From NCBI GenBank assembly GCA_021469345.1, contig GCA_021469345.1_3049.1: a stretch of DNA of 64,000 bases; one strand, written 5' to 3'. The stretch's first letter is position 1. Every line of letters begins with the position of its first letter. Shown piece by piece: positions 1-8,711 of this stretch. The notes beneath the pieces are model-generated. The model had not been told where the DNA came from. It saw nothing but the letters and a program-made list of their open reading frames with translations, and did not search any database. The stretch comes from a phage. A program made the translations under genes and the position numbers.

Positions 1-84
1 TCCGGTTATGCAGTTCGCTTTAACTCTCTGACTCCGGAACAGCAGCGCGACGTTATCGCTCGTACCTTTACCGAGAGTTTGTAA
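1..84 (+). CDS. hypothetical protein, 3' end only (vs-region ORF)
   Basis: Open frame enters from window edge (...TPEQQRDVIARTFTESL); stop TAA 82-84 overlaps next ATG. Confidence 0.4.
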   Translation, partial: SGYAVRFNSLTPEQQRDVIARTFTESL

Positions 85-305
85 TGGCAAAGATAATTAT
101 TGAAGGTTCTGAAGATGTGCTAAATGCTTTCGCCGAATGGTTTAGTAATTCAGGCGAACAGCAATTTAACGAAGCATGGAACATGGGTGATATTAATGGA
201 ATTTATCCTACTACAGAAATTTCTGTTCAGGGATATGGCATTCATGAACCTATTCGTTTAGTTGAATACGATTTATGTACTGGTGAGGAAGTCAAATATG
301 ATTGA
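84..305 (+). CDS. hypothetical small protein (vs region)
   Basis: 73-aa ORF, start overlaps upstream stop (TAATG), same strand as neighbours. Confidence 0.5.
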   Translation: MAKIIIEGSEDVLNAFAEWFSNSGEQQFNEAWNMGDINGIYPTTEISVQGYGIHEPIRLVEYDLCTGEEVKYD

Positions 306-564
306 AGATATTAAAGGTTATAAGCCACATACCGACGAAAAAATCGGTAAAGTAAATGCTATTAAAGACGCTGAAGTTCGTTTAGGACTTATCTTTGATG
401 CTTTATACGATGAATTTTGGGAAGCATTTGATAGCTGTGAAGATGATGAACTCGCGAAGAATTACGCCGAAAGCCTCGATCAGTTAACTATTGCTAAAAC
501 GAAACTCAAAGAAGCCAGTATGTGGGCTTGCCGTGCAGTGTTTCAACCAGAGGAAAAATACTAA
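298..564 (+). CDS. hypothetical small protein at the vs.4 position; possible Acb2-like sponge (hypothesis)
   Basis: 88-aa ORF from ATG 298 (ATGA overlap with upstream stop); position relative to regB. Confidence 0.5.
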   Translation: MIEDIKGYKPHTDEKIGKVNAIKDAEVRLGLIFDALYDEFWEAFDSCEDDELAKNYAESLDQLTIAKTKLKEASMWACRAVFQPEEKY

Positions 565-842
565 TGGCTCAATTAAGCGCAGGGTTTGGTTATGAGTATT
601 ATACTGCCCCTCGTCGTGTATCTGTTGCTCCTAAGAAAATTCAAAGTCTTGATGACTTCCAGGAAGTAGTTCGTAACGCTTTCCAGGACTATGCACGTTA
701 TCTTAAAGAAGATTCACAGGACTGTCTCGAAGAAGATGAAATTGCTTACTATGAGCAGCGTCTTGAACAGCTCAAAAATCTACATGAGGTTCGTGCAGAA
801 GTTTCAAAGTCTATGAATAAATTGATTAGATTTAAAGAATAA
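564..842 (+). CDS. hypothetical small protein (vs.3 position)
   Basis: 92-aa ORF from ATG 564 with TAATG overlap; precedes regB promoter. Confidence 0.5.
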   Translation: MAQLSAGFGYEYYTAPRRVSVAPKKIQSLDDFQEVVRNAFQDYARYLKEDSQDCLEEDEIAYYEQRLEQLKNLHEVRAEVSKSMNKLIRFKE

Positions 843-843
843 C

Positions 844-873
844 TGTTTACTTTTCCTCTTGACTGTGGTATAA
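844..873 (+). promoter_or_regulatory. early sigma70-type promoter (GTTTAC-N18-TGGTATAAT)
   Basis: GTTTAC 844-849, extended -10 TGgTATAAT 868-873, upstream of regB RBS. Confidence 0.6.
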
Positions 874-901
874 TTTTTCTATCAGTTAAGAGGAGAATAA
901 C

Positions 902-1363
902 ATGACTATCAATACAGAAGTTTTTATCCGTCGAAATAAGCTTCGTCGTCACTTTGAGTCGGAGTTTCGTCAAATTAACAATGAGATTCGTGAGGCATCA
1001 AAAGCAGCAGGGGTCTCATCGTTTCATCTAAAATATTCTCAACATCTTCTTGATCGCGCAATTCAACGGGAGATTGATGAGACATACGTTTTTGAATTAT
1101 TCCATAAAATAAAAGACCATGTTTTAGAAGTTAATGAATTCCTGAGTATGCCTCCGCGTCCTGACATTGACGAGGATTTTATTGATGGGGTTGAATATCG
1201 TCCTGGACGTTTAGAAATCACAGATGGAAATCTTTGGCTTGGATTTACAGTTTGTAAGCCTAATGAGAAGTTCAAAAACCCGTCACTTCAATGCAGGATG
1301 GCAATTATCAATAGTCGTCGTTTACCAGGAAAGGCTTCTAAAGCAGTAATTAAAACTCAATGA
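902..1363 (+). CDS. regB: RegB site-specific endoribonuclease
   Basis: 153 aa, MTINTEVFIRRNKLRRHF..., length and sequence match remembered T4 RegB; RBS AGAGGAG. Confidence 0.9.
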   Translation: MTINTEVFIRRNKLRRHFESEFRQINNEIREASKAAGVSSFHLKYSQHLLDRAIQREIDETYVFELFHKIKDHVLEVNEFLSMPPRPDIDEDFIDGVEYRPGRLEITDGNLWLGFTVCKPNEKFKNPSLQCRMAIINSRRLPGKASKAVIKTQ

Positions 1364-1370
1364 GGTAAGC

Positions 1371-1916
1371 ATGAGAAAAGCACTACTCGCTGGTCTATTG
1401 GCCATTTCAATGATGGCACATAGCTCCGAGCATACTTTCAGTAATGTCCAACTCGATAACATGCGTTACGCATATCAATTCGGGGAACAATTTTCTAAGG
1501 ATGGAAAATATAAAACACATAAAAATATCCACAAGAGCGGATTAGGTCATATAATGGCTGCTATTTTATGGCAAGAAAGCTCTGGCGGAGTTAATTTAAA
1601 ATCTAAACCAAAGCATCACGCTTATGGAATGTTCCAAAATTATTTGCCTACTATGCGAGCAAGAGTTAAGGAACTTGGTTATAATATGACCGATGCTGAA
1701 ATAAAAAGAATGTTGAATAAACGATCCAATTCAGCTTCCTGGGCGTACATTGAACTTTCTTATTGGTTAAATATACATAAGGGCGATATAAGAAAAGCAA
1801 TATCCTCTTATAATTCGGGATGGAATGTTAAAGCTGGTTCTAAATATGCTTCTGAAGTCCTAGAAAAGGCTAATTACCTTAAAAATAATAAACTTTTGGA
1901 AATAGTAAATGACTAA
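1371..1916 (+). CDS. secreted protein Vs.1-like, possible transglycosylase-like fold
   Basis: 181 aa, N-terminal signal peptide MRKALLAGLLAISMMAHS, WQESSGG motif. Confidence 0.65.
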   Translation: MRKALLAGLLAISMMAHSSEHTFSNVQLDNMRYAYQFGEQFSKDGKYKTHKNIHKSGLGHIMAAILWQESSGGVNLKSKPKHHAYGMFQNYLPTMRARVKELGYNMTDAEIKRMLNKRSNSASWAYIELSYWLNIHKGDIRKAISSYNSGWNVKAGSKYASEVLEKANYLKNNKLLEIVND

Positions 1917-2256
1917 AATTTTGGTTTTATGTATAGGATTAATTTCATTTTCTGCTTCTGCGTCAGCAGATACATCATATACTGAAATTAGAGAATATGT
2001 AAACCGCACTGCGGCAGATTATTGTGGGAAAAATAAAGCATGCCAAGCTGAATTTGCACAGAAATTAATATATGCATATAAAGACGGAGAAAGAGATAAA
2101 TCAAGCAGATACAAAAACGATACATTATTAAAACGATATGCTAAAAAGTGGAATACCTTAGAATGTTCAGTTGCGGAGGAGAAAGATAAAGCCGCTTGTC
2201 ATTCAATGGTTGACCGTTTGGTAGATTCTTATAATCGAGGATTGAGTACTAGATGA
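1909..2256 (+). CDS. vs: Vs-like protein (valyl-tRNA synthetase modifier position), secreted
   Basis: 115 aa with signal peptide; position between vs.1 and tk.4 as in T4. Confidence 0.55.
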   Translation: MTKILVLCIGLISFSASASADTSYTEIREYVNRTAADYCGKNKACQAEFAQKLIYAYKDGERDKSSRYKNDTLLKRYAKKWNTLECSVAEEKDKAACHSMVDRLVDSYNRGLSTR

Positions 2257-2732
2257 TTGTAAAATATATCAAGGGCGATATTGTCGCCCTCTTTCTTGAA
2301 GGTAATATTATTGCGCACGGGTGCAATTGTTTTCATACAATGGGCAGTGGTGTAGCTGGTCAATTAGCAAGAGCCTATCCCAAAATTTTAGAAATAGATA
2401 AAACCACTACCGAGTACGGTTCTCGTGATAAATTAGGCGATATGTCTATTGTTTTTAAACATAAACCTAATGGTTTTGGCATATGTTATAACTTGTATAC
2501 GCAATACGAACCAGGTCCTAATCTTGATTATGGTGCTTTAGTAAACTGCATGATAGAATTAAATCTACAGGCAGAAACCCTTTTGTTTAAACCAGTAATT
2601 TACATTCCACGCATAGGTTGTGGTATTGCTGGCGGCGATTGGGATAAGGTTTCTAAATTAATCGACATGTTTACTCCTGATATTGATTTAATAGTGGTGG
2701 ATTATGAAAGTACATTACCCACATCCGTTTGA
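2253..2732 (+). CDS. macro-domain protein (ADP-ribose binding/processing), tk.4-like
   Basis: 159 aa; HGCNCF...MGSGVAGQ resembles macrodomain core. Confidence 0.65.
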   Translation: MIVKYIKGDIVALFLEGNIIAHGCNCFHTMGSGVAGQLARAYPKILEIDKTTTEYGSRDKLGDMSIVFKHKPNGFGICYNLYTQYEPGPNLDYGALVNCMIELNLQAETLLFKPVIYIPRIGCGIAGGDWDKVSKLIDMFTPDIDLIVVDYESTLPTSV

Positions 2733-2916
2733 TCCTAAAAACAAAGTGGAAATTATTCGTCAATGGGAACGCATTTGCCGTACTAAATGCCCAATTAATA
2801 GTCCACATGATGTAGATAAAGACTACATTGGAACATTCGTTGAATATACCTTTATTGATAAGAAAGGTCGTAAACAACATGTAGAAGAATATTGCTTAAA
2901 GGTTACATGGTTATGA
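2704..2916 (+). CDS. hypothetical small protein (tk.3 position)
   Basis: 70-aa ORF, overlaps neighbours at both ends. Confidence 0.45.
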   Translation: MKVHYPHPFDPKNKVEIIRQWERICRTKCPINSPHDVDKDYIGTFVEYTFIDKKGRKQHVEEYCLKVTWL

Positions 2917-3119
2917 GCCAAACTAGTATTCTTAAAAATGCCCATTGTGAAAAGTGTAAGTGGCCGGTTGTTTTTGCTTTATGCAACGATGAAATGGCTT
3001 GTGATTTCGATTATTGGTGCTATTGTTCTAATAAAGGATGTATCAATCATAAAGGTGAAGGATTTTATTCGGGATTTTATCCTTATCCAGATTTCGTTAA
3101 AGAAGGTAAACCAAAATGA
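2913..3119 (+). CDS. Cys-rich small protein (tk.2 position)
   Basis: ATG 2913 with ATGA overlap; CEKCK...CDFDYWCYC...C cysteine clusters. Confidence 0.5.
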   Translation: MSQTSILKNAHCEKCKWPVVFALCNDEMACDFDYWCYCSNKGCINHKGEGFYSGFYPYPDFVKEGKPK

Positions 3120-3289
3120 ATAGTTTTGAGTTACAATACGAAGTGTTACGTGAGCTTGATAATTTAATTGAACTCGCTGTTAATAAAGGTTTTGCCATTG
3201 GAATCGGTCAAAAAGATACTGGTCATTTAACTATGGAAATATTTAAGCAAAAGCGAATTATTTTAAAACTCCTGGAAATTAATATATGA
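3116..3289 (+). CDS. hypothetical small protein (57 aa)
   Basis: ATG 3116 overlaps upstream stop (ATGA), stop overlaps next start; below ORF-track cutoff. Confidence 0.4.
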   Translation: MNSFELQYEVLRELDNLIELAVNKGFAIGIGQKDTGHLTMEIFKQKRIILKLLEINI

Positions 3290-3471
3290 GTCTGAGTAAA
3301 GAACAAAAAGATAAATTGTTTGAGCTTATCCATGAACTTCTAGATGAGCATACAGAAGCAAACACCTTTTATGATGAATACGGCCCGTTATCTCCCGAAC
3401 AGCAGGAAGAATTTGCTGATCGGTTTGATAAGAAAGAAAATGAATTAATAACTTATGTGAATACGCTTTAA
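3286..3471 (+). CDS. hypothetical small acidic protein
   Basis: 61-aa ORF immediately upstream of tk. Confidence 0.5.
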   Translation: MSLSKEQKDKLFELIHELLDEHTEANTFYDEYGPLSPEQQEEFADRFDKKENELITYVNTL

Positions 3472-3480
3472 GAAGGTGAT

Positions 3481-4062
3481 ATGGCGAGTTTAATTTTTAC
3501 TTATGCAGCAATGAATGCTGGAAAATCTGCTTCTCTTTTGACTGCCGCACATAATTATAAAGAACGTGGAATGAGTGTATTAGTTCTTAAACCCGCTATT
3601 GATACTCGCGATTCTGTCTGTGAAGTCGTTTCTCGCATTGGAATTAAGCAGGAAGCGAATATTATTACAGATGATATGGATATTTTCGAGTTCTATAAAT
3701 GGGCTGAAGCACAAAAAGATATTCATTGTGTATTTGTAGATGAAGCTCAGTTTTTAAAAACTGAACAAGTGCATCAATTGAGCCGAATTGTTGATACATA
3801 TAATGTTCCTGTTATGGCTTATGGATTAAGGACTGATTTCGCTGGAAAATTATTTGAAGGTTCTAAAGAACTTTTGGCGATTGCAGATAAACTTATTGAA
3901 CTAAAGGCAGTTTGTCATTGCGGTAAAAAAGCGATTATGACAGCTCGATTAATGGAAGATGGAACACCAGTTAAAGAAGGTAATCAAATCTGTATTGGTG
4001 ATGAAATTTATGTTTCTTTGTGTAGAAAACATTGGAATGAATTAACTAAAAAGCTCGGTTAG
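3481..4062 (+). CDS. tk: thymidine kinase
   Basis: 193 aa; P-loop NAGKSASLL; C-terminal CxxC pairs; matches remembered T4 Tk. Confidence 0.95.
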   Translation: MASLIFTYAAMNAGKSASLLTAAHNYKERGMSVLVLKPAIDTRDSVCEVVSRIGIKQEANIITDDMDIFEFYKWAEAQKDIHCVFVDEAQFLKTEQVHQLSRIVDTYNVPVMAYGLRTDFAGKLFEGSKELLAIADKLIELKAVCHCGKKAIMTARLMEDGTPVKEGNQICIGDEIYVSLCRKHWNELTKKLG

Positions 4063-4071
4063 TGCAAAAGT

Positions 4072-4079
4072 TATAAATA
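4072..4079 (+). promoter_or_regulatory. late promoter core TATAAATA
   Basis: Exact TATAAATA 26 nt upstream of ATG 4105. Confidence 0.5.
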
Positions 4080-4104
4080 GGTTTATCTAACTAAAGGGGT
4101 ATAT

Positions 4105-4269
4105 ATGCTACAATTAACTGAAAAGCAACTTCGCAATCTTACTGTGCTTCAATTAGATGAAATTCGTAGGGAAGTTGGAAATATCATTTCAGCTTTGCGT
4201 CGAGAAGTATCACTCAACCAATCTCCGGCAGACTATACTAGATTGCGAAATTTTGAAAAATTACCTTGA
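4105..4269 (+). CDS. hypothetical small protein (rI.1 position)
   Basis: 54-aa ORF downstream of late-promoter motif. Confidence 0.45.
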
Positions 4270-4330
4270 TAAAGTTAAGGCCGTGCATCGGCATAAAGTA
4301 AATACAGGACAAAAATGATAGGAGGCCTTT

Positions 4331-4624
4331 ATGGCCTTAAAAGCAACGGCACTTTTTGCCATGCTAGGATTGTCATTTGTTTTATCTCCATCGATTGAAG
4401 CGAATGTCGATCCTCATTTTGATAAATTTATGGAATCTGGTATTAGACATGTTTATATGCTTTTTGAAAATAAAAGCGTAGAATCATCTGAACAGTTCTA
4501 TAGTTTTATGAGAACGACCTATAAAAATGACCCGTGCTCTTCTGATTTTGAATGTATAGAACGAGGCGCGGAGATGGCACAATCATACGCTAGAATTATG
4601 AACATTAAATTGGAGACTGAATGA
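4331..4624 (+). CDS. rI: lysis inhibition regulator RI (periplasmic antiholin)
   Basis: 97 aa with signal-anchor MALKATALFAMLGLSFVLSPS; position next to tk. Confidence 0.85.
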   Translation: MALKATALFAMLGLSFVLSPSIEANVDPHFDKFMESGIRHVYMLFENKSVESSEQFYSFMRTTYKNDPCSSDFECIERGAEMAQSYARIMNIKLETE

Positions 4625-5007
4625 AATTCAGCGACTTTTCACAAAGTGGAAAACCTTCAAAGGCAGATGAATACTTAGGTTTATTAATGGCTGCACAAGC
4701 TTATTTTCATTCTGCACATTTTGAAACTAAAAATTATGCTAGACACAAAGCATACGATTTTATTTTCTCCGAGTTGCCAGATTTGATTGATAAATTTGGT
4801 GAGCAATATTTGGGGTATTCTGGTAGAAAATACACACCTTCAATTCCAGATGCTAGTAAACTTCCTACCGACACAATTAAAATGATTGATCGCATACTAG
4901 ACCAATCTAACAGCATTTATAAAGAAATGCCTCCAGCCATCCAAAGCACGATAGATGATATTACTGGGATGTTTTACCAGAGTAAGTATCTTCTTTCCCT
5001 CGAATAA
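4621..5007 (+). CDS. hypothetical protein (rI.-1 position)
   Basis: 128-aa ORF, ATGA overlap with rI. Confidence 0.65.
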
Positions 5008-5011
5008 CATT

Positions 5012-5036
5012 AGTCTCCTTCGGGAGACTTTTTTCA
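5012..5036 (+). terminator. intrinsic terminator (UUCG tetraloop hairpin + T tract)
   Basis: AGTCTCC-TTCG-GGAGACT then TTTTTT. Confidence 0.65.
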
Positions 5037-5044
5037 TTTTACCG

Positions 5045-5074
5045 GTTTACTTTCCGTTTGAGCTGTGATACTAT
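5045..5074 (+). promoter_or_regulatory. early promoter (GTTTAC ... TGaTACTAT)
   Basis: GTTTAC 5045-5050, TACTAT near 5069-5074. Confidence 0.5.
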
Positions 5075-5102
5075 ACAACCATCGGATAAAGAGGAGAACA
5101 TC

Positions 5103-5291
5103 ATGAAAATTGAAGCACTTAATCAAGAAGGAAATATCTACGTCATCATTAATGGTGATTTTTTCGTCGACATGGATGAAGTTACTAGTGAAGAACTTGT
5201 AGAACTTCTTAAGAAACGTTATAATATGTGTGATGAAGTTGCAACTCATATGGCGTGTGCAATATTCTCTCTTTCATATGTGGTGGAATAA
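5103..5291 (+). CDS. hypothetical small protein
   Basis: 62 aa from ATG 5103 with RBS AGAGGAG. Confidence 0.5.
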
Positions 5292-5473
5292 TGATTAGTA
5301 TCGAACAAGCTGATAAAATTAAGGAATTGGTAGCTTTAATTCGTAAAGCAGACGAGGAGCGCATTAACTTTGCCTTATCAGGTATTGAAGAACTTGAAGC
5401 TAAAGTTGATAATGCTTTAGAAGCGTTAGATATGTTTCTTGATGAAATTATCGATCATAATACGAGAGTTTAA
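5291..5473 (+). CDS. small helical protein, member of tandem paralog set
   Basis: 60 aa; TAATG overlap; shares EQ..K..L...AK..L...IE pattern with next three ORFs. Confidence 0.5.
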   Translation: MISIEQADKIKELVALIRKADEERINFALSGIEELEAKVDNALEALDMFLDEIIDHNTRV

Positions 5474-5475
5474 TT

Positions 5476-5670
5476 ATGCTAACACGTGAACAGTTTGAAA
5501 AAATCATTAAATTAGCACGTGATATTGAAATAGATTCATACCAATTAGCAGTTGAGCATTGTGAAGGATATTCATACGATGGTATAGAATCAGCTAAAAA
5601 GGATTTGGATAAATCTAAAGCTAAGTTAGTTCAATATCTTGAAATGATTAGGTGGAACAATGAAAACTGA
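5476..5670 (+). CDS. small helical protein, paralog
   Basis: 64 aa; MLTREQFEKIIKLARD... Confidence 0.5.
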   Translation: MLTREQFEKIIKLARDIEIDSYQLAVEHCEGYSYDGIESAKKDLDKSKAKLVQYLEMIRWNNEN

Positions 5671-5833
5671 AAAGCAGATGTTTTTAATGAAGCTAATTGA
5701 AGAATATGCTAATGCAGTTTCTGACTATGAGTATTCTGCTCGGGAAAGAGGTATAGCTTTCGCCAAAGAAGAAATGAAAATCATGGTTGATGCTCACACA
5801 AAGCTTCAGAATTTTATTGAAAACGTCATTTAA
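5660..5833 (+). CDS. small helical protein, paralog
   Basis: 57 aa from ATG 5660; MKTEKQMFLMKLIEEYANAV... Confidence 0.4.
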   Translation: MKTEKQMFLMKLIEEYANAVSDYEYSARERGIAFAKEEMKIMVDAHTKLQNFIENVI

Positions 5834-5835
5834 CA

Positions 5836-5865
5836 GTTTACAAGTTGGCAAGGTTATGGTATAGT
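5836..5865 (+). promoter_or_regulatory. early promoter (GTTTAC-N18-TATAGT)
   Basis: GTTTAC 5836-5841, TGgTATAGT 5857-5865. Confidence 0.5.
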
Positions 5866-5997
5866 AATCTTGTCAACTGCCAAGGAGAAGAGAATGAAAG
5901 TTTTGTTTGTTGTGTATGTGATGATTCAATATAATTACCCAATGTTTACTTATAATCTGGTGAACAACATTATTGATATTATTCAAAGGAGTATGTA

Positions 5998-6183
5998 ATG
6001 ACAAGTGAGCAGGCTTTTAAATTAAGAGAATTAATTGAGACGTATAGTAAAGCTGTTCATACATCAACAATTATTGATGAATCAGCTTTCTCCGGACATG
6101 CTAACAAGATTAAATACAAAACTCTTATGGAAGAAGCTAAAGTAAATCTTGATTCTTATATTGAAACTTTAATTGGTGAATAA
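5998..6183 (+). CDS. small helical protein, paralog
   Basis: 61 aa; MTSEQAFKLRELIETYSKAV...; RBS AAGGAG. Confidence 0.5.
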   Translation: MTSEQAFKLRELIETYSKAVHTSTIIDESAFSGHANKIKYKTLMEEAKVNLDSYIETLIGE

Positions 6184-6184
6184 C

Positions 6185-6451
6185 ATGGGCTTTCCTAAAT
6201 TAGAAGTAGGTGATTTGGTCTTAACAAAATTATGGAATGGTGTTCAATCAGTAGAAATCTGCCAATATCGTGGAGCAACAGGTAATTTGATGTACACGAT
6301 TTATAATCCAGAAATTTTATTAGAGTGTCATTTGGAACGCTTTATAAAAGACACCGATAGTATGCCGTATAGTGTATCGATTGTACGTAAATCTGATACA
6401 AAGGAATATTCTAAAATTTTAGAACAAATTCGTGCCAATAAAAAGGATTAA
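6185..6451 (+). CDS. hypothetical protein
   Basis: 88 aa from ATG 6185 just after upstream stop. Confidence 0.5.
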   Translation: MGFPKLEVGDLVLTKLWNGVQSVEICQYRGATGNLMYTIYNPEILLECHLERFIKDTDSMPYSVSIVRKSDTKEYSKILEQIRANKKD

Positions 6452-6452
6452 T

Positions 6453-6971
6453 ATGAAACGATTAGTATTAGAAGTTAGTTCACTTTTTGGTGAATTGGCT
6501 ATAGAAAAAGTAAATAATATGTATCGTTTGACACAAGAAGACGATATGCTATATTTTACGCCTAGTGAAATCATTCATTTAACCCAAATTGAAAATCCTT
6601 ATACTGATAAAATTGTAAGCATTAATGATGAGCATAAAATTCATTTTTATTCTTCATGCCCAGGATTTAATATTGAAAGCGAGTCAATATGCTTATCAGT
6701 TATCCATTGGGATAGTTTTATAGATAAGATTAAATATTTTTATTATTCTAATGAAAGAAAACATAGTTTAAAATGGCTCAAAAATTGCAATGCTATTATT
6801 ACTAACGCTTGCAATCAGAATGATGAAACTATTTTAAATGTGTCAAAATGTTATGAAGAGGGAGATGTAGTATCTATTCGTCAAAACAATGGAGAAATTT
6901 CATTATCAAAATCAGAAGCTGAAGCTATGATTAAGTATTTAACAACCGTTACGCCTTCAATGAAAGGATAA
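6453..6971 (+). CDS. hypothetical protein
   Basis: 172 aa from ATG 6453, RBS AAGGAT. Confidence 0.5.
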   Translation: MKRLVLEVSSLFGELAIEKVNNMYRLTQEDDMLYFTPSEIIHLTQIENPYTDKIVSINDEHKIHFYSSCPGFNIESESICLSVIHWDSFIDKIKYFYYSNERKHSLKWLKNCNAIITNACNQNDETILNVSKCYEEGDVVSIRQNNGEISLSKSEAEAMIKYLTTVTPSMKG

Positions 6972-6973
6972 TT

Positions 6974-7435
6974 ATGATTATTAATGAAAACTCTTGGCAC
7001 TATAAATTATTCAAATTGTTTAACGATGAATGGCAACGACCTAAGACGCTGTGCGCATACTTTTGGTCTATTGTTATCCCTACATTTTTCGTTTCTTTTT
7101 TCGGATGTACTATACTCGTAGGTCTAACTATCATCTGCGCAGAAATCATGCAGAAATGGCTTATTTTTGGTAGTTTATGGACTCTTATTCCATCAGCATT
7201 TATACTTGCTATTTTGCTTGTTTTACTTATTATTGGTTCATTTGTTATTCCTGCACAACTGCATGAAAAATATAAAGATTATAAATGGAAAAAGGATTAT
7301 GCTTTACATGTAGAAAATATTGATAGGGCGTATAAAGGTTTACCTCCTATTCAACCCAAGAAATCTATTATCGTCGAATTTTTAAAAGCTCGTAAAGCTA
7401 AAGTATGTCCTGTTATTGAATATAAGGCTGAATGA
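6974..7435 (+). CDS. integral membrane protein (multi-TM)
   Basis: 153 aa; long hydrophobic stretches (FWSIVIPTFFVSFFGCTILVGL..., LILAILLVLLIIGSFVIPA). Confidence 0.6.
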   Translation: MIINENSWHYKLFKLFNDEWQRPKTLCAYFWSIVIPTFFVSFFGCTILVGLTIICAEIMQKWLIFGSLWTLIPSAFILAILLVLLIIGSFVIPAQLHEKYKDYKWKKDYALHVENIDRAYKGLPPIQPKKSIIVEFLKARKAKVCPVIEYKAE

Positions 7436-8445
7436 TGAAAACAGTAATGAAAAGCTATTTTGGTAGTTATCTTTATGGAACTTCTACCCCAGAATCTGAT
7501 GTAGATTTTAAAGAAATCTTTGTTCCTCCTGCTCGTGATATTCTTATTGGAAATGTTAAAGAGCACATGAGTAAAAACACTAACAACACATCATCTAAAA
7601 ACACTAAAGATGATATTGACCATGAACTATACAGTCTTAAATATTTCTTTAAATTAGCAGCAGATGGTGAAACTATAGCATTGGATATGCTTCACACTCC
7701 ACCTGAACTAGTGGTTAAATCTGATTTGCCTGATGTGTGGAAGTTTATTCAAGACAACCGTTCTCGTTTTTATACGACTAGCATGAAATCATATTTAGGA
7801 TATGTCCGCAAGCAGGCTTCTAAATACGGTGTCAAGGGTTCTCGTTTGGCTGCATTACGCGATGTATTGAAAGTAGTTAATCAAATCCCTGAGCAATGGG
7901 TTGATTACCAAGAAGACGGTTCCATTAAGCAGCGTCGTACTAAAGTTGAAGATATTAAGCATCGTCTTCCAGAAAACGAATTCTGTGAATGGGTGTTCCA
8001 TAATCATGAGAAAACAGGCCCGCAAACGTTCTACACTGTGTTGGGTCGTAAATATCAGACAACGCTTTCTCTTATTGAGCTTAAGCAGTCACTGAACAAA
8101 TTAGATGCTGAATATGGTGAACGTGCTCGTAAGGCCGAAGCCAATGAAGGCATTGACTGGAAAGCTCTGAGTCATGCTTGTCGTGGTGGACTTCAACTAT
8201 TGGAAATTTACAAAACTGGTGACTTGGTTTATCCACTTCAAGACGCTCCATTTATTCTCGACGTGAAGTTGGGTAAACATCCATTTAAAACGGTTCAAGA
8301 GTTTTTGGAAGATGTGGTTGATCAAGTAGAAGCAGCATCTACTGAAGCTTCTAAGAACGGTATGCAGCAAAAAGTAGACATGAGTTTCTGGGATGACTTC
8401 CTTGAGAAGGTGTATCTCGAAAACCATCGAAGTTATTATAAATGA
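7432..8445 (+). CDS. predicted nucleotidyltransferase (Pol-beta superfamily fold)
   Basis: 337 aa; N-terminal GS-x-YGTSTPESDVDF matches the [GS]-x9-13-D-x-[DE] NTase signature. Confidence 0.65.
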   Translation: MMKTVMKSYFGSYLYGTSTPESDVDFKEIFVPPARDILIGNVKEHMSKNTNNTSSKNTKDDIDHELYSLKYFFKLAADGETIALDMLHTPPELVVKSDLPDVWKFIQDNRSRFYTTSMKSYLGYVRKQASKYGVKGSRLAALRDVLKVVNQIPEQWVDYQEDGSIKQRRTKVEDIKHRLPENEFCEWVFHNHEKTGPQTFYTVLGRKYQTTLSLIELKQSLNKLDAEYGERARKAEANEGIDWKALSHACRGGLQLLEIYKTGDLVYPLQDAPFILDVKLGKHPFKTVQEFLEDVVDQVEAASTEASKNGMQQKVDMSFWDDFLEKVYLENHRSYYK

Positions 8446-8447
8446 TA

Positions 8448-8471
8448 GGGAGCCTTCGGGCTCCTTTTTTT
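8448..8471 (+). terminator. intrinsic terminator
   Basis: GGGAGCC-TTCG-GGCTCC hairpin then TTTTTTT. Confidence 0.65.
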
Positions 8472-8495
8472 ATTTCAAAAATTTTTCACAAAACT

Positions 8496-8525
8496 GTTTA
8501 CAAGCATAAAGCTTTATGGTACTAT
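8496..8525 (+). promoter_or_regulatory. early promoter (GTTTAC-N18-TGgTACTAT), member of repeated promoter family
   Basis: GTTTAC 8496-8501; TACTAT 8520-8525; conserved AAAATTTTTCACAAAACT upstream. Confidence 0.55.
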
Positions 8526-8561
8526 ACAACTATCAAAACAAACACTTAAACGGAAAACAAA

Positions 8562-8711
8562 ATGAAAATTACACCAATTGAAGTAAAAAAGTTGATTGAT
8601 ACAGAAGAAATTTCAGAGTGTTTTGAAAGTTTCTTAGAAGACGCAACTGAAGATAACGCGGTTTATCTTGCCCAGAAAATTATCGAAACTTATTTGGAGA
8701 AGAATCAATGA
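8562..8711 (+). CDS. hypothetical small acidic protein (49 aa)
   Basis: ATG 8562; stop overlaps next start (ATGA). Confidence 0.35.
   Translation: MKITPIEVKKLIDTEEISECFESFLEDATEDNAVYLAQKIIETYLEKNQ

Noticed and set aside
749-973. Minus-strand ORFs from the six-frame track (for example 749-973, 1063-1275, 2671-2880, 4734-4916, 5034-5249, 9202-9441, 28169-28552, 30548-30964, 40836-41090, 62292-62654)
   Set aside because: Each lies antisense inside a confidently assigned + strand gene, has no ribosome-binding site, and translates to low-complexity sequence. These are treated as frame noise in an AT-rich genome. The one minus-strand ORF kept (43963-44163) differs in having a strong SD and an intergenic location.
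2938-3123. 61-aa ORF in an alternative frame at 2938-3123
   Set aside because: It overlaps the better-supported Cys-rich ORF 2913-3119, which has a coupled ATGA start.
5885-5995. 36-codon hydrophobic ORF between promoter 5836-5865 and the gene at 5998
   Set aside because: It has a plausible RBS, but it is very short and lies in a leader region; not called as a gene without conservation evidence.
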